Source of the DNA: Prasinococcaceae sp. CCMP 1430
Lineage: Eukaryota > Plantae > Prasinodermophyta
Assembly: GCA_013416795.1 (NCBI GenBank)
Contig: RQSC01000032.1
Coordinates: 62,001-126,000, forward strand
Length of the DNA stretch: 64,000 nt
Direction of reading: 5' to 3'
In this document: positions 20,804-31,800 of the stretch, one piece after another
How positions within the stretch are numbered: the stretch's first letter is position 1
Layout: each line of letters begins with the position of its first letter
Notes under the pieces: generated by a model
What the model was told of the DNA's origin: nothing
The model's database searches: none
What the model saw: the letters and a program-made list of their open reading frames with translations, nothing else
Made by a program: the position numbers and the translations under genes

Positions 20804-23800
20804 GCGGCCGCCAAGGCGGTGGCGGTGGGGGGTGGCGATGCAGCGGGCGACGGCGGCGCGGAGAGCGCGGACGCGATGGGCGGCGCGGAGGAGGCGACGC
20901 CCTCGCCTGCTCCAGGCTCTGGCGAACGCGAGGGCGGCGGCGCTCAAAGCGCGCCCGCCGACGCGTCCGGTGGCGGCGAGTCGCCCGACGCCACAGGGAA
21001 GCGCAAACGCGTCGTCAAGGCCAAGACCCAGGAGCAGAGCGACAAGCTCAACGCTCTCTGGGAGCTCACCGAGGATCCCACACAAGAGGAGAGGGAAGCG
21101 CTCGCGAAGGAGCTCGGCTTGGAGCGCAAGGTCGTCACCAAGTGGTTCAACTCGAAGCGCCTCCGGAAGAAGCGTAAGGGCGCGGGGGGCGATTGGGGCG
21201 CCACGCCCGCACCGCGCGCCGCCTCGGGCGCCTCGGGCGAAGAGGGCACGCCGACTGGCCAGGGATTCGCGACTCCGGGCGCGGCCGGCTCCAGCCCGAT
21301 GGGCGCGCTCGATACCAGGGAGCAGCGCGCGGCGGGCGCCGAGGCATGCGCGGCCGAAATTCTCGAGTTGGACGCAATGCTCGATTGCTCTGCCGATGCG
21401 GCCAAGGAGGCCGCCCAGGAAGCCGCAGCGGCAGCCGCCGCCATCGAGGGAGCGACCCTGCAATCGATTGCGGCGGGGGCCGCCGAGGGCTCGCCGCTGC
21501 CGCTCATGGGCCTCGCCACCATCGTGCTCAACGCGGCCAAGGCGTCTGGCCTCGAGGGCGTAGGGCCCATGCAGGTGATGCCCGCGATCGTCGGCGTGGC
21601 GGACCGGACTGCCGTGGGTGCTCAGCCAGCTGTCGGCACGGACGCGATGGCAGACACGTCGTCATCGTGCGTGTGGCGCTGGCACTGCAAGGACCTCAGC
21701 CAGCTGTGCGACGCCAGCCGGAAAGCCCAGGCCGCGGGCGCCCGCATCGTGTGCGCGCAGGCGGCCGCGCGGCGCGCGGCGCTCGCCGAGATGGCGGAGG
21801 CGCTCGCGCTGGTCATGCAGGCCCAGGCGGAGAGCCAGGAGAGCCAGAGCCTGGAGGCCGCGGCTGCTGTGTACTCCGCGGAGGCGCGCCTGGCCAAGGC
21901 GCAGAACATGCTCAAGGGCACGAAGACCGCCGCGAGCATCGCCGCGAAGACCGAGCAGGTCATGCAGTCCGCGGCACAGAAGCAGGCGAGGCTAGAGGAG
22001 CTCGAGGCTGAGAAGGCCCGCAAGGCCGCGGAACGCGCCGCCAAGAAGGCCGAGCTCGACGCAGAGAGGGCAGCCAAAAAGGCCGCGCTGGATGCGGAGC
22101 GGGAGGCCAAGCGGGCCAAGGAGGAAGCGGAGAAGGCCAAGCGCGAAGAGGAGCGGCTTCGCAAGCTGAAGGAGCGCGAGGAGAAAGAGGCCGAGAGGCG
22201 CGCGCTCCGCGAGGCCAAGGAAGCGGAAAAGGCTGCCGCCGACCAGGCCAAGCGCGCGGAGGAGGATAGACTGGCCAAGGCCAAGGCCAAGCAGCGCAAC
22301 CTGATGTCGAGCTTCTTCAAGAAGCCCGCCGCAGCCGCTGTGGGCAAGGATTCTACCCCTGAGGGGCGCGGGCCTGCCGGCCCGGCCGGGGTGGCGAGCC
22401 CAAGCCCCAAAGGCGAGCGGCCGCTCTTCGTGAAGCCAAACGAGTACATGTACACGACCTTCAGGCCGCCACCGCTCGCGTCTGAGGCAGACGCCTCGAC
22501 CCCCGTGGTGCTGCCAATCCGAAACGGCAGGCGCACGCCTGCCACCCAGTGGTACAAGCGCCGCGCCGCGCCTGGGTGGCAGAAGATCGTGGCACCCGCG
22601 CGCGAGCTGCTGCTGTACAGCGCCACAGGCTCGGGTCTGGAGGAGACGCGCCAGGAGCGTCGCCGCCTGGATTCTGCGCTTCCCAAGGACGCAAGTGCGC
22701 CGGCGCCGCACGCCGACGGCAACGAGGACGATGACTGCATGATGATGGATGCTGCCCAGCCCGCCGGTGCCGGCATGGAGTCGCACAGGCAAGCCGAGGG
22801 CCCGCGCGCTCCCGGCGTGTTCAAATACCTAAACTTTCATATGGTGCTTGACGAGGATGGCGAGTGGGTCAACACCAATCGGCCGGCCTACCACGGAAAC
22901 AGGGTGCAGTGGGAGACACATGGCGCCAGACTGAGCTCGACCGCTGGCGGCGGGCCGAGCGCCCGCAACCCTTTCAGAAAGCACGATGAGGTTGACTACG
23001 AGGACTACTCGGACTTCGAATGGGAGGACGAGGGGGAGGGTGAAGAGATCGGGAGCGATAATGAGATGGATGCGGACCCGGCCGACAACTCCCCAGCTGG
23101 CAGCGAGGTTGACTCTTTCATCGTCGGAGACGACTGCCTGTCTGAAGGCGCTGTTGATGACGATGAAGACATGCACGACTGCGCCGAGTCACAGGAAACC
23201 GTCGCGGGGCCAGGCGACGTACCAGCGGACGCGCTGCGGCTGCTGCAGCGCTACAACAGCGCGCTTGCGCGTGCAAAGGCAAACGGCCGTGCGGTGGTGG
23301 TGCAGTCTGGCACCGAAAATGCTCACTTCCTGTCGGCGTTCGCGCCGCGCATGATGAGCCCGGACGTGTCAATCGCCACTGGGGTGGACCAGGAGCGGGA
23401 GGTCGAGGAGGCCGAGGCCGTTGCTGAGGCTGCAAAGGCGGCCGCGAAGGCCGCTGAGGCAGCGGTGAAGGCTGCGGCCGCGCCGCCCAAAGCTCCCAAG
23501 GAGGCTGCCAAGTTCAGCGCGGAACAGCTTGCCATGCTCAAGGCATTCGTCCAGGAGCAGCGCGACGCCGGCAATGTGACCATGACCAAGAAGAAGTACG
23601 AGCAGGAATTCGCCGCGATGAGTGGCCTGCCCAAGGTGACCGTGCAGAGGAAGCTCATGGAGGTATTGGAAAATCGCCCCGGCGAGAAAGGCTTCTTCTT
23701 CAAGGAGTCGATCGTCATCGGCGACGAGGGCCTCGCCCCTGCCGCGGGCAGCGAAGATGGTTCGGCCGCTGCCGCAGCGACGCCGGACGCCACGCCGGAC

Positions 23801-25087
23801 GCCACGCCGAAGGCCACGCCGAGTCCCGCTGCGAAGCTCGCCGCGAAGGGGACGCCAGGGCAGGGGGCGACGCCTGAGCGGACCCCGCCATCTGGCCACC
23901 GGTCCATCGCCGCCATGTTCGCTCAGGCCGCGAGTCCCAAGCCCAGCCCCAAGACTCCAGCCTCTGCCGTAGCCCCGGTACGATTCGACCTCCTGCAGAC
24001 CAGCGCCCCGGAGGACGCCAACGGCAGCTCTGTTGTGGACTTCGACGAGGTCATCTCACGGGCCGATGAGGCAGCAAGGACGAGCGACGAACCGCACGTT
24101 GATGAGCACTTTGGGGTCTTCGCCGCGGAAACGCTCGGCGGCGAGGCCGGCGCGATCAAGGCCCTGCGCGCGCGCACCGTGCGCAGCATGGTAGGGCGCA
24201 TGGGTGATCCGGAGTGCCCCACCAACCTACGCGCGTCGCTCTGCCAGGCCCTCTACTGCGTCACTGTGTGCCTCGGGGACGTCTCATCCAAGACACACGG
24301 GACGGCCGACGATGTGAAGGGCCAGGCGCAGGACGCGGATGCCGCCATCACCGCCTCGGATCTCGTCGACACTCCCGGGCTCTTTGATGCCATGCGCACC
24401 TGCGCCGAGGCGAACGACGTGCTATCCGCACGCAGGTGCCTGATGCTGATCGGTGCTCTCGCGCGCAGGAGCCCAGGGAAGGCTGCCACCCGGGTGCTGA
24501 TGGCTCTGGCGGAGCCCCACTGGCTTCGTGCCTTGACCGCCGCTGCCGAAAAGCACAACGACGGTGACTTTCCAACCGCGAACAAGGGCGCCTACGTAGC
24601 TAGCGCGCTGCTCACCGACGAGGATGCTGCTGGCGCAGCCGTCACGTCGGGTGGCAGCCGCTGCCTACTTGATGCGCTCATTGCCGCGCTCTGCAGCGTC
24701 GGCACCGCCGCTGCTGCCAAGGCTGAATCGGCGGCCGCTCGAAAGAAGAATGTGCCCAAGAGCACGCGCACCGTGGCGAAGCTCGCGATGAATGCGCTCT
24801 GTGGCGCGATGGTGCACGTGGGAATCCCGGACGTCAGGCCCGCAGTGGAGTGCGCTCGAAGGCTCCTTTCCGCACATGGCCTGCTTGGGGCCCCGGCGGC
24901 CGAGCAGGCCCTCACATTCGCCAACGAGCTCGCCGCTGCAGACGCGGAGGCGCGATTGGCTGCTGACACAGATGGGTTGCTGGCCGCGCTGCGCGCTCTC
25001 GAGGCAGATGAGGCACTTGGCGCGCGCGCGACGCACGCGGCGCGCGCGCTTGAGAAGGCCGCGGTGCCTGCAGCGGCGTGCACGTGA
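20804..25087 (+). CDS. Chromatin assembly factor 1 subunit A (FAS1/CHAF1A/Cac1-like) with an N-terminal homeodomain; 5' end may lie in the gap
   Basis: One ORF, open from the gap edge (first ATG 20876). Homeodomain about 20999-21180, K/E/R coiled coil, PIP-like QRNLMSSFF, CAF1A block FKYLNF...RPAYHG...RNPFRKHDEVDYEDYSDFEWEDE, WHD-like segment about 23510-23670, then a helical tail. Confidence 0.85.
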   Translation, partial: AAAKAVAVGGGDAAGDGGAESADAMGGAEEATPSPAPGSGEREGGGAQSAPADASGGGESPDATGKRKRVVKAKTQEQSDKLNALWELTEDPTQEEREALAKELGLERKVVTKWFNSKRLRKKRKGAGGDWGATPAPRAASGASGEEGTPTGQGFATPGAAGSSPMGALDTREQRAAGAEACAAEILELDAMLDCSADAAKEAAQEAAAAAAAIEGATLQSIAAGAAEGSPLPLMGLATIVLNAAKASGLEGVGPMQVMPAIVGVADRTAVGAQPAVGTDAMADTSSSCVWRWHCKDLSQLCDASRKAQAAGARIVCAQAAARRAALAEMAEALALVMQAQAESQESQSLEAAAAVYSAEARLAKAQNMLKGTKTAASIAAKTEQVMQSAAQKQARLEELEAEKARKAAERAAKKAELDAERAAKKAALDAEREAKRAKEEAEKAKREEERLRKLKEREEKEAERRALREAKEAEKAAADQAKRAEEDRLAKAKAKQRNLMSSFFKKPAAAAVGKDSTPEGRGPAGPAGVASPSPKGERPLFVKPNEYMYTTFRPPPLASEADASTPVVLPIRNGRRTPATQWYKRRAAPGWQKIVAPARELLLYSATGSGLEETRQERRRLDSALPKDASAPAPHADGNEDDDCMMMDAAQPAGAGMESHRQAEGPRAPGVFKYLNFHMVLDEDGEWVNTNRPAYHGNRVQWETHGARLSSTAGGGPSARNPFRKHDEVDYEDYSDFEWEDEGEGEEIGSDNEMDADPADNSPAGSEVDSFIVGDDCLSEGAVDDDEDMHDCAESQETVAGPGDVPADALRLLQRYNSALARAKANGRAVVVQSGTENAHFLSAFAPRMMSPDVSIATGVDQEREVEEAEAVAEAAKAAAKAAEAAVKAAAAPPKAPKEAAKFSAEQLAMLKAFVQEQRDAGNVTMTKKKYEQEFAAMSGLPKVTVQRKLMEVLENRPGEKGFFFKESIVIGDEGLAPAAGSEDGSAAAAATPDATPDATPKATPSPAAKLAAKGTPGQGATPERTPPSGHRSIAAMFAQAASPKPSPKTPASAVAPVRFDLLQTSAPEDANGSSVVDFDEVISRADEAARTSDEPHVDEHFGVFAAETLGGEAGAIKALRARTVRSMVGRMGDPECPTNLRASLCQALYCVTVCLGDVSSKTHGTADDVKGQAQDADAAITASDLVDTPGLFDAMRTCAEANDVLSARRCLMLIGALARRSPGKAATRVLMALAEPHWLRALTAAAEKHNDGDFPTANKGAYVASALLTDEDAAGAAVTSGGSRCLLDALIAALCSVGTAAAAKAESAAARKKNVPKSTRTVAKLAMNALCGAMVHVGIPDVRPAVECARRLLSAHGLLGAPAAEQALTFANELAAADAEARLAADTDGLLAALRALEADEALGARATHAARALEKAAVPAAACT

Positions 25088-25327
25088 GGCCGACAGCGAC
25101 TGCAAGCGATAAAGATATTCATCGGCGCGTGGATAATTGTCAAATTGGGATCAGTCGCACCCACCAGATCGTGCGTTCAGCGCGCCTCGACCTGCCGCAG
25201 CGAACTCGCGCCAGTGCCAGAGCGTCCGTACGTGGCATGCAAGTGTTACAAGATAGCAGAGTGGCATGGCGCCCGTAGGGCACGGCCAATACGATGTACA
25301 TCTCTGTGTGCGAGCGGCACGCCTCAC

Positions 25328-26838
25328 TTAGACGCCCTCCTGTCCGAACTCGGCGGTGAACCTGTCATGGACCTCTAGGTCGTCCTTGGACACTGTCGGG
25401 CGCGCGCGCTCGAGCACCGTTTCGAAGTCCGCACGGCTGATGAGTGGGACCTGGACGCGATCAGCAAACCCCTTGGCGGCCAAGTCCATCAGAGTGGCCG
25501 AAAAGGCACCCTTGGCCCGCGGCGCGCAAGGGGCGTAGTACACACCCGGCCCAGCTGGACCGTCGGCCTGCACCTGCCTAAAGTGCGTGGCCTCTTGCGT
25601 CTTGCGGACAGGCTGCATGAGCACGTCCTTCACCGCCACGGACACGTCGCTGCCGGAGAAGCCTTCAGTCATGTCTCCAAGGTCACGGAAGTCGTCTTCC
25701 GTGAGCGAGCTCGGAGTGTCGCCGAGGTGCACCTTGAACATGTGCGCGCGCGCGTGCGGGTCCGGCAGCGGGATGTAGATGCGCTTGTCGAAGCGCCTGC
25801 GCAGCGCCTGGTCGAGGTTGTATGGCAGGTTGGTCGCCGCTAGCACCAACACATTGTCCGTGCCCCCTCCTACGCCCTGCATCTGCACCATGAACTCAGT
25901 TTTGATTCGCCGCGCCGCCTCAGACTCCCCCTCTCCACGCGCGGAGCACAGTGAGTCGATCTCGTCGATGAAGATAATCGAGGGCGCCTTCTCACGCGCC
26001 ATCTCAAAGAGCTGCGCCACGAGCTTTTCACTCTCACCCATCCACTTCGACACCAGGTCCGATGAGCTGACGCTGAAGAAGGTCGAGTCGGCCTCGGTGG
26101 CCACGGCTTTGGCCAAGTAGGACTTGCCCGTGCCCGGTGGGCCGTAGAGGAGGAAGCCCTTCCACGGCTTGCGCTTGCCCGTGAAGAACTGCGGGAATTT
26201 CACGGGCAGGATGACCGCCTCCTTGAGCGCGTCCTTTGCCGCGTCCAGGCCGGCCACGTCATCCCACTTGATGTTGGGCTTCTCGCTCACGATGGCACCA
26301 GACATGGCCTCGCGGAGCTTTTCCGTCTCCTTGTCAGCGCCCTTCGCGTTGCCCCCACCTCCTCCAGCCCCCCCATTTGCGCCGGCGCCGCGCGACAGCT
26401 GCGCGTTCGCTCCGCCACCAGCGCTGTCGCCCCCGGCCGCCGCTGGTTGTCTGCCGTCGAGCACCCCCTTGAGAGCTTCGGCCCTGTCAAGGTACTCCTT
26501 GAACTTCTCGGTGAGCGTCTTCTTGATGGCGGGATTCTTCTCGTACTTGAGCGCGGTCTTGAAGTACTCGAGTGCGGTCACGTACAGCTGCGCGGGAGCG
26601 GCGGGGGGCGCGGCACGCGCGGGGCAAAAGCGCGCGTGAAACGCGCGCGTCAGCACGGAGGCGCGCATGTCGCAAGGAGTCCGCACGATGGTGACTCGAC
26701 GATCGCGCGTCACGCCGCATCTGGAGGCCCCGCGCGACAGCACACCTTGTACGCCGACTCGTAGTAGCCCGCGGTGTCCTCAGCGACGGCCTTCTTCACA
26801 TACTCGATGGCCGTCTCCTTGAAGTTGCTGAAGGACAT
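25328..26838 (-). CDS. VPS4: AAA ATPase VPS4/SKD1, 2 exons (26746-26838, 25328-26587)
   Basis: MIT domain, Walker [24 protein letters not shown] and C-terminal FTAEFGQEG. Confidence 0.97.
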
Positions 26839-27308
26839 GGCGACAGATCCCGCCCTCACCCACCGCTGCCTTCAACCCCTGCCCCACCGAGAGGCCGCTG
26901 CTCGTACGCGTCGGCGCCCGCCTTGGCGCCTGCGTCCGCCCGCCCGCCCGCGCGTGTGGCGCCCGCAGCCCAACGCCACGACGGTGCCGAAGCACAGATT
27001 GTAGTGCACGGTGAAGCGCACCCAGAAGACGCCCGCAGCCCAACGCCCGGCGCCCAGCGCTGCGCCGCGCCCGCGCGAGGGCGCCACGCGCACGTGGACA
27101 GAGAGGTGCCCGTGCCACCCCTCCGTCGCCGCGAGGGTCTTCACAATCCGCCGCTCCGCCCCCTCCCCTTCGCGCCCCCCCACACCCACCCGCGCGCAAC
27201 CAGTGGCGCGCGGCGTGGGGGCGATGGGGGGGCTGCTCGCGCTCGCGCCTCGTGTCGCGAGCGCGCACGCGGTGCTGCTGCGCGCGCGCCCACGTCAAAA
27301 ACGAATCC

Positions 27309-27716
27309 CACCCCCAACTCCTTCTCGCCACCCAGACCCGAAGTCAAAATACATGAAGATCTCGAACCACAGACCCTCATTTGATGTCGATACCCAATTG
27401 GCGCGCGCGGCCGCGCCCGCGCGCCAGGTGGAAAAAACGGAAACAGGAGGGCGCCGGAGGCGCGCTCGCTCGACTTCCCCACGGGAGAGTTCGATCCCAT
27501 CGCAGCTGCAGACCCACGGACGGTCCCATGCACTGCGCGTCTGATGGCAAATGAGCATCCTGCGGGCGCCCATGCTCCGTCCCGGTGCGCTTTTGGTACG
27601 CTGTACCATCAGGATGGTACGTGTGCATGCCACCCCCAACCCCCCATCGCCCACCCACGTCGAAGTCAGAGCAAAATGCGCCAGGTTCCCTCGACACAGA
27701 CCCTCATTTGACATCC
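27309..27716. repeat. Degenerate direct repeat pair in the VPS4-CBP3 intergenic region, flanking a palindrome
   Basis: CGAAGTCA at 27339 and 27661; CACAGACCCTCATTTGA at 27368-27384 and 27695-27711; palindrome GTACCATCAGGATGGTAC 27603-27620 lies between them. Confidence 0.7.
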
Positions 27717-27739
27717 AGTCTCACAAGATACTGTGTCCC

Positions 27740-28783
27740 ATGATGGTACTGTACCTCAAAGGCGCGCCGGCCGGACGGCCCAGACGATGGGATCGCGCCA
27801 CGCGGCCGCACCCACCGCCGCGGGCTGTGCAATCGGCTGGACGGCGGGAGCGGGATCCGCCCCTGCTGCGGCGGGGCGGCGGGCGCGCGCGCCATAGCAC
27901 CGAGGAGGCAGCGGTTGGCTGTGGCGCCCGCGGCGCCGTCGGTGCGGCGTGGCGACCGTCCGCGTTCGCCGGCGCACCGGGCGGCGCGCCGACGCGCGGC
28001 ATCTTTCGTGGCGCTGTGCTGAGCGGGGTGGGGTCAAAACAGGAGAAGGAGGCCGCGGACGCGTGGTACGCGTCGCGCTTCCTGACGCCTACTGCGCCGC
28101 CAACGCTCGCGTGGCCACCGGGGCTCGCCGCGCCGCCCGAAGAGTGGAACAAGCCCGGGCCGACGCAGGAGCTCAGCCGCGAGATGCTGCCCGACTGGAA
28201 GTACTGGATCCTGTACTGGGGCGGGTACTACAGTTACACCACGAGCTGCGCTCGCTCGGCGCGACGGCTGCACGAGCTCGCCGTCGCCCCCGCCGCGCGG
28301 CAATGCGTGGCCGAGGGCAACCCGTTTGGCCTGCGCGAGTCTTTCGCGCACGAGTACACCATGCTCGCGCTGCATGCGTGGGTGCTGCACAAGCGGCTGC
28401 GCAGGGTGTTCGGCCGGCCCGGGCAGGACCTCTCGCAGGAGCTGCACGGCTTCATGAACGAGGACGTCGAGATGCGCGTGTACAAAATGGGCGTGCGCCT
28501 GCGCGCCTCGCACTGGAACAAGCAGATGGAGAATCAGTTCTACCTCTTGTGCACAGAGCTCGACCTCGCGGCGGGGGACAAGGGCGCGGTTGTGGACGTG
28601 CTCCGGAATCGCGTGTACCTTTTCGATGTTGAAATGGACGACGACGACATTGGCGAGGCCGGCGTGGAGCGACTCGCGGACTATCTCGAAGAGACGCACG
28701 CTGCGCTAGCAAACACAGAGGAGGAGGCGCTGCTGTCTGGCGAGATCCGATTCCGCGTGCCCGCGAACGGCTCAGGCACATGA
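27740..28783 (+). CDS. Ubiquinol-cytochrome c reductase chaperone (CBP3/UQCC1 family); start uncertain
   Basis: FGLRESFAHEYTMLALHAWVLHKRL...DLSQELHGFMNEDVEMRV...KQMENQFY. R/A/G-rich presequence-like N-terminus. Confidence 0.8.
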   Translation: MMVLYLKGAPAGRPRRWDRATRPHPPPRAVQSAGRRERDPPLLRRGGGRARHSTEEAAVGCGARGAVGAAWRPSAFAGAPGGAPTRGIFRGAVLSGVGSKQEKEAADAWYASRFLTPTAPPTLAWPPGLAAPPEEWNKPGPTQELSREMLPDWKYWILYWGGYYSYTTSCARSARRLHELAVAPAARQCVAEGNPFGLRESFAHEYTMLALHAWVLHKRLRRVFGRPGQDLSQELHGFMNEDVEMRVYKMGVRLRASHWNKQMENQFYLLCTELDLAAGDKGAVVDVLRNRVYLFDVEMDDDDIGEAGVERLADYLEETHAALANTEEEALLSGEIRFRVPANGSGT

Positions 28784-29453
28784 ACGCGTCGCGCACGCGC
28801 GGCCACTCGCTGCGACGCGCTCTGCGCGATGGTCGGTGCACGCCATCGATAGCGCGCGTGGAGCGCCGCGCTCGACGCTAGTTCACATCCGCGAAATCAG
28901 GCATTCATTCGAAGCTGCGTCTCCTGCAGTCGGTCGCGCGTTCGTGCGCGCGTGGTGTGCACCGCCGGGGCGCCCGTGCTTGCTAGCCCGCACATCACCC
29001 AGTGCGAGGGCGCGCGTGAGAGCACGTCCTGCCGTAGAGCTTGAAACCGCCGCCTCGGGTCCGATGGCCTTCTGCGTGCGCACGCCTGCGCAGGACGGCG
29101 TCCAGGGACGATGCCCGTCCTTGAGCTCGCTCCACTGCTTGATGCGTCTCCGCGCTCTTTCCCACCTACAAACCCTCAAATTAACCCTTACTGGTCGATC
29201 AGTGCATGCTGGCACCGTGGGGAATGTTTGCGGTTGGTACAGTAGGTGGGTCGTGAGGTAACCCTAACCTCAGGCGCTCAATGCGCGAAAGGTGCTTGGG
29301 ACAGCCTGGCATGAAGGGGTACATGTACGGCGCTGGGGGGGAGGGGGGGGGGGGAGTGTGTACGGGGGAGGGCGTCGGCGGTGGCCACAGCGCCCGCGGT
29401 GGCGAGTGTGTGACGGCAGCGATAGCGTGCAGGGACCTTGGAGCTGCAAGTGG

Positions 29454-30221
29454 ATGGCGGATGGGGCGCGGACTGTGGGCGGCGATCGCGCGAGCGGCAG
29501 CGGAGCCGATGTGGCCGCGTGGCTGCGGACGGCGACGCGGGCCGTGCCCCGCGCTCTACGCGGCGCGCCCACGGCGACTCTGCGCCGCGCCATGCGGCCG
29601 GCAAGGCGGCTCGTGGCGAGCAGGAGCGAAGGCGCCGCATCGCCGATGCCCCGGGTGAGGCTTTTCGACGAGGCGAGAGCAGCTGCGGCTGAGCGCCTGC
29701 CAGACAAGTCCGACACTACCGTCACCGCGCCCTCCGCTCGCGACAAAGAGGCACTCGAGAGGGCGGGCGCCACCTCCGCGCTCGCAGGCACACAGCGCGC
29801 AGCGGTGCGCCGGCGCGCGCCTCGCCAGAGGCAGCGCAAGAGAACCAGGACGAGCTACACCGGTGCGACGGTCGAGCGTGCACGGAAGGTATCGCGACGC
29901 GCTGCCTCGAGCGAGGCTGCGCCTGCACGCGACTCTAGAGTTCCAGCTGGTGCGTATGAGGTCGGACGCAAAGGCGTGCTTCCTCCCGCGGCAGGCAAAG
30001 AATTTGCGGGGAGGAGCTATGAGGTTGCCGAATTCAGCACTCGTGGCCCGCACGCAGGCAAGCACCGCGTCGTGATTGAGCACGGGAAGGCGCTCTGGCT
30101 GCGCCTGCGGACGACACACTCGAGAGCGTCCGGTGTAGCGAGCCCCAAGGACAACGACAGACATATCCTCAGCGTCGCCTCTGCCGACAGCACGCTGCAG
30201 AGTGAACGCTCGCGCTTATGA
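29454..30221 (+). CDS. Hypothetical basic protein, possible Tudor-like C-terminal segment
   Basis: 256-codon ORF from ATG 29454. YEVAEF...GKHRVVIEHGKALWLRL loosely resembles Tudor-type beta modules. Confidence 0.3.
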   Translation: MADGARTVGGDRASGSGADVAAWLRTATRAVPRALRGAPTATLRRAMRPARRLVASRSEGAASPMPRVRLFDEARAAAAERLPDKSDTTVTAPSARDKEALERAGATSALAGTQRAAVRRRAPRQRQRKRTRTSYTGATVERARKVSRRAASSEAAPARDSRVPAGAYEVGRKGVLPPAAGKEFAGRSYEVAEFSTRGPHAGKHRVVIEHGKALWLRLRTTHSRASGVASPKDNDRHILSVASADSTLQSERSRL

Positions 30222-30340
30222 ATCGACAAGTCGCCTTCGCGCACAAATGGGCTCCTTCGCCACGCAGGATGCGGCCGCGGGTGCGCGCGCGCACAGATTG
30301 CGCACTGAACGCGCGCGGAAGTGACGCGAGATGTGGATAC

Positions 30341-31481
30341 TCACTCTGTAACGTTGAGGGTGCAGAAGGCCACGACGGAAGTCCGCCCGCCCGCGTCCTT
30401 GCTCGTTGCCACCCTGTGCGGCGCCGCCCGAAAGCCCACCTTTTCCTCGCCCTGCACGCCAGCAAGCACAGCCACGGCATCCTCTGCAGCGTCCATTCTG
30501 ACCCATCCATCGCACTCGTCGAGCACCTCGAGCCCAGGCGAGCCGCCCTGCCATACGAGCGTGATGCACGATAGGTCTCGATGCGCACCGTACAGCAGCC
30601 GCACGGCCTCTCCACCGCTTCGGCCATCACTCTTTGAGAGCGAGCGAGAAATGCTCTCCTCTGTGCCCTCCTGCGCCTCGATCGCCTCAGCACCGGGCCT
30701 GTAGCTCGTGACGCGCAGGGTGACCTGCAGCGCTTCGCTCTCTCGGCCGGCGTCGACGCCGAGTGCACCGGCAGCGAGAGCAGCCGCAGCCGCGTGGGCG
30801 TCGCGTAGTGACGGCTCTAGCGAAGCCGGCTCCCCCGGAACCGCATCGGAGCCATCCATGCGCACCTGAGCGAAGCGTCCAGGCGCGTTCGGCGAAGCGG
30901 GAGCCGCGCAACGCGTGCGTCAGCAAATGCAAACTGCAACGTACTACCCACGGGATGGGCGGAAGCGTGCACGAGCGTACCTGGAGCGACTCTACGCCAC
31001 GCCCGCGCTTTGTCCAACACCATCGCTTCGATTCGCTGCCGGTCGCACTCGAGGACGCCAGCGCTGCGTGCGCAAGCGCGACCATGGCGCCTCGCTGGCG
31101 CGCTTCCTCGCCGCCGCAGAAGAGCTCGTCAGCCGCCACGCGCACCTCCGCGGCCGCAGCGACGAAGGCGCCGACAAGGTCGTCGTCAGCGTTCCGTCTG
31201 CTCGACCGCAGCGTGGCCGCGCCGAGGCGCCGCATGCGCATTAGCGGCAAGGCCACCTCGCTCGCTCTCCTCCCACCGTCACCGTGTGCTGCACCTCCCA
31301 CGCATCCCGCGAGACCGCACCGGCACAGCGCGCGTGTGAGCTCGCCCACATCCGCGCCACCAGGCGCCCCCTCGGCGGCAGGCGCCGTGCCCCACTCCCC
31401 CTCTGCGTAAAATCCGACCGGTGCCTCCTGGCGAAGCCGCCTGCGCCGCGGCGCGCGGCGCGACGACGCCGGCCCACCCAT
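30341..31481 (-). CDS. 2-oxoglutarate/Fe(II)-dependent dioxygenase (IPNS-like), 2 exons (30981-31481, 30341-30865); alternative ATG at 31787
   Basis: Donor CAG|GTACGC, acceptor CTCAG|. HRD (HxD) in YGAHRDLSCITL, PGLEV, distal His in APHRV and RxS in GRTSV. Confidence 0.75.
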
Positions 31482-31800
31482 GCTCGGGGGCGCGGCGGCG
31501 CGCGCCGGTGCAGCCTGAGCTCTGACACCGTGCTTGGCCGCGCCGCGCGGGCCGCGCCGCGCGGAGCGCCCATGCCCTGGCGCATGCTGCGCCCCCCCCC
31601 CCCAGTTGGCATGCGCCAGCTTTGGCGGTGGCCCGCAGCCGTCGTCTGTCAACCGATTGACGCATGCGAACCGGTCGCAGTCGTCCTCGGAAGGCGCTGC
31701 GACCCCTCGAAGAATCCATCTCCGCGCAGGCAAGCAGTCGCGCGCCAGCAGCGCCGTGCGCGCGAACCCACGATCCGATCTGCGCATCTTCAGTCAGTGC

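Noticed and set aside
21622-22824. 400-aa minus-strand ORF (also 36668-37861 +, 17411-18631 + and many similar)
   Set aside because: Shadow frames of recognisable genes on the opposite strand or in another frame.
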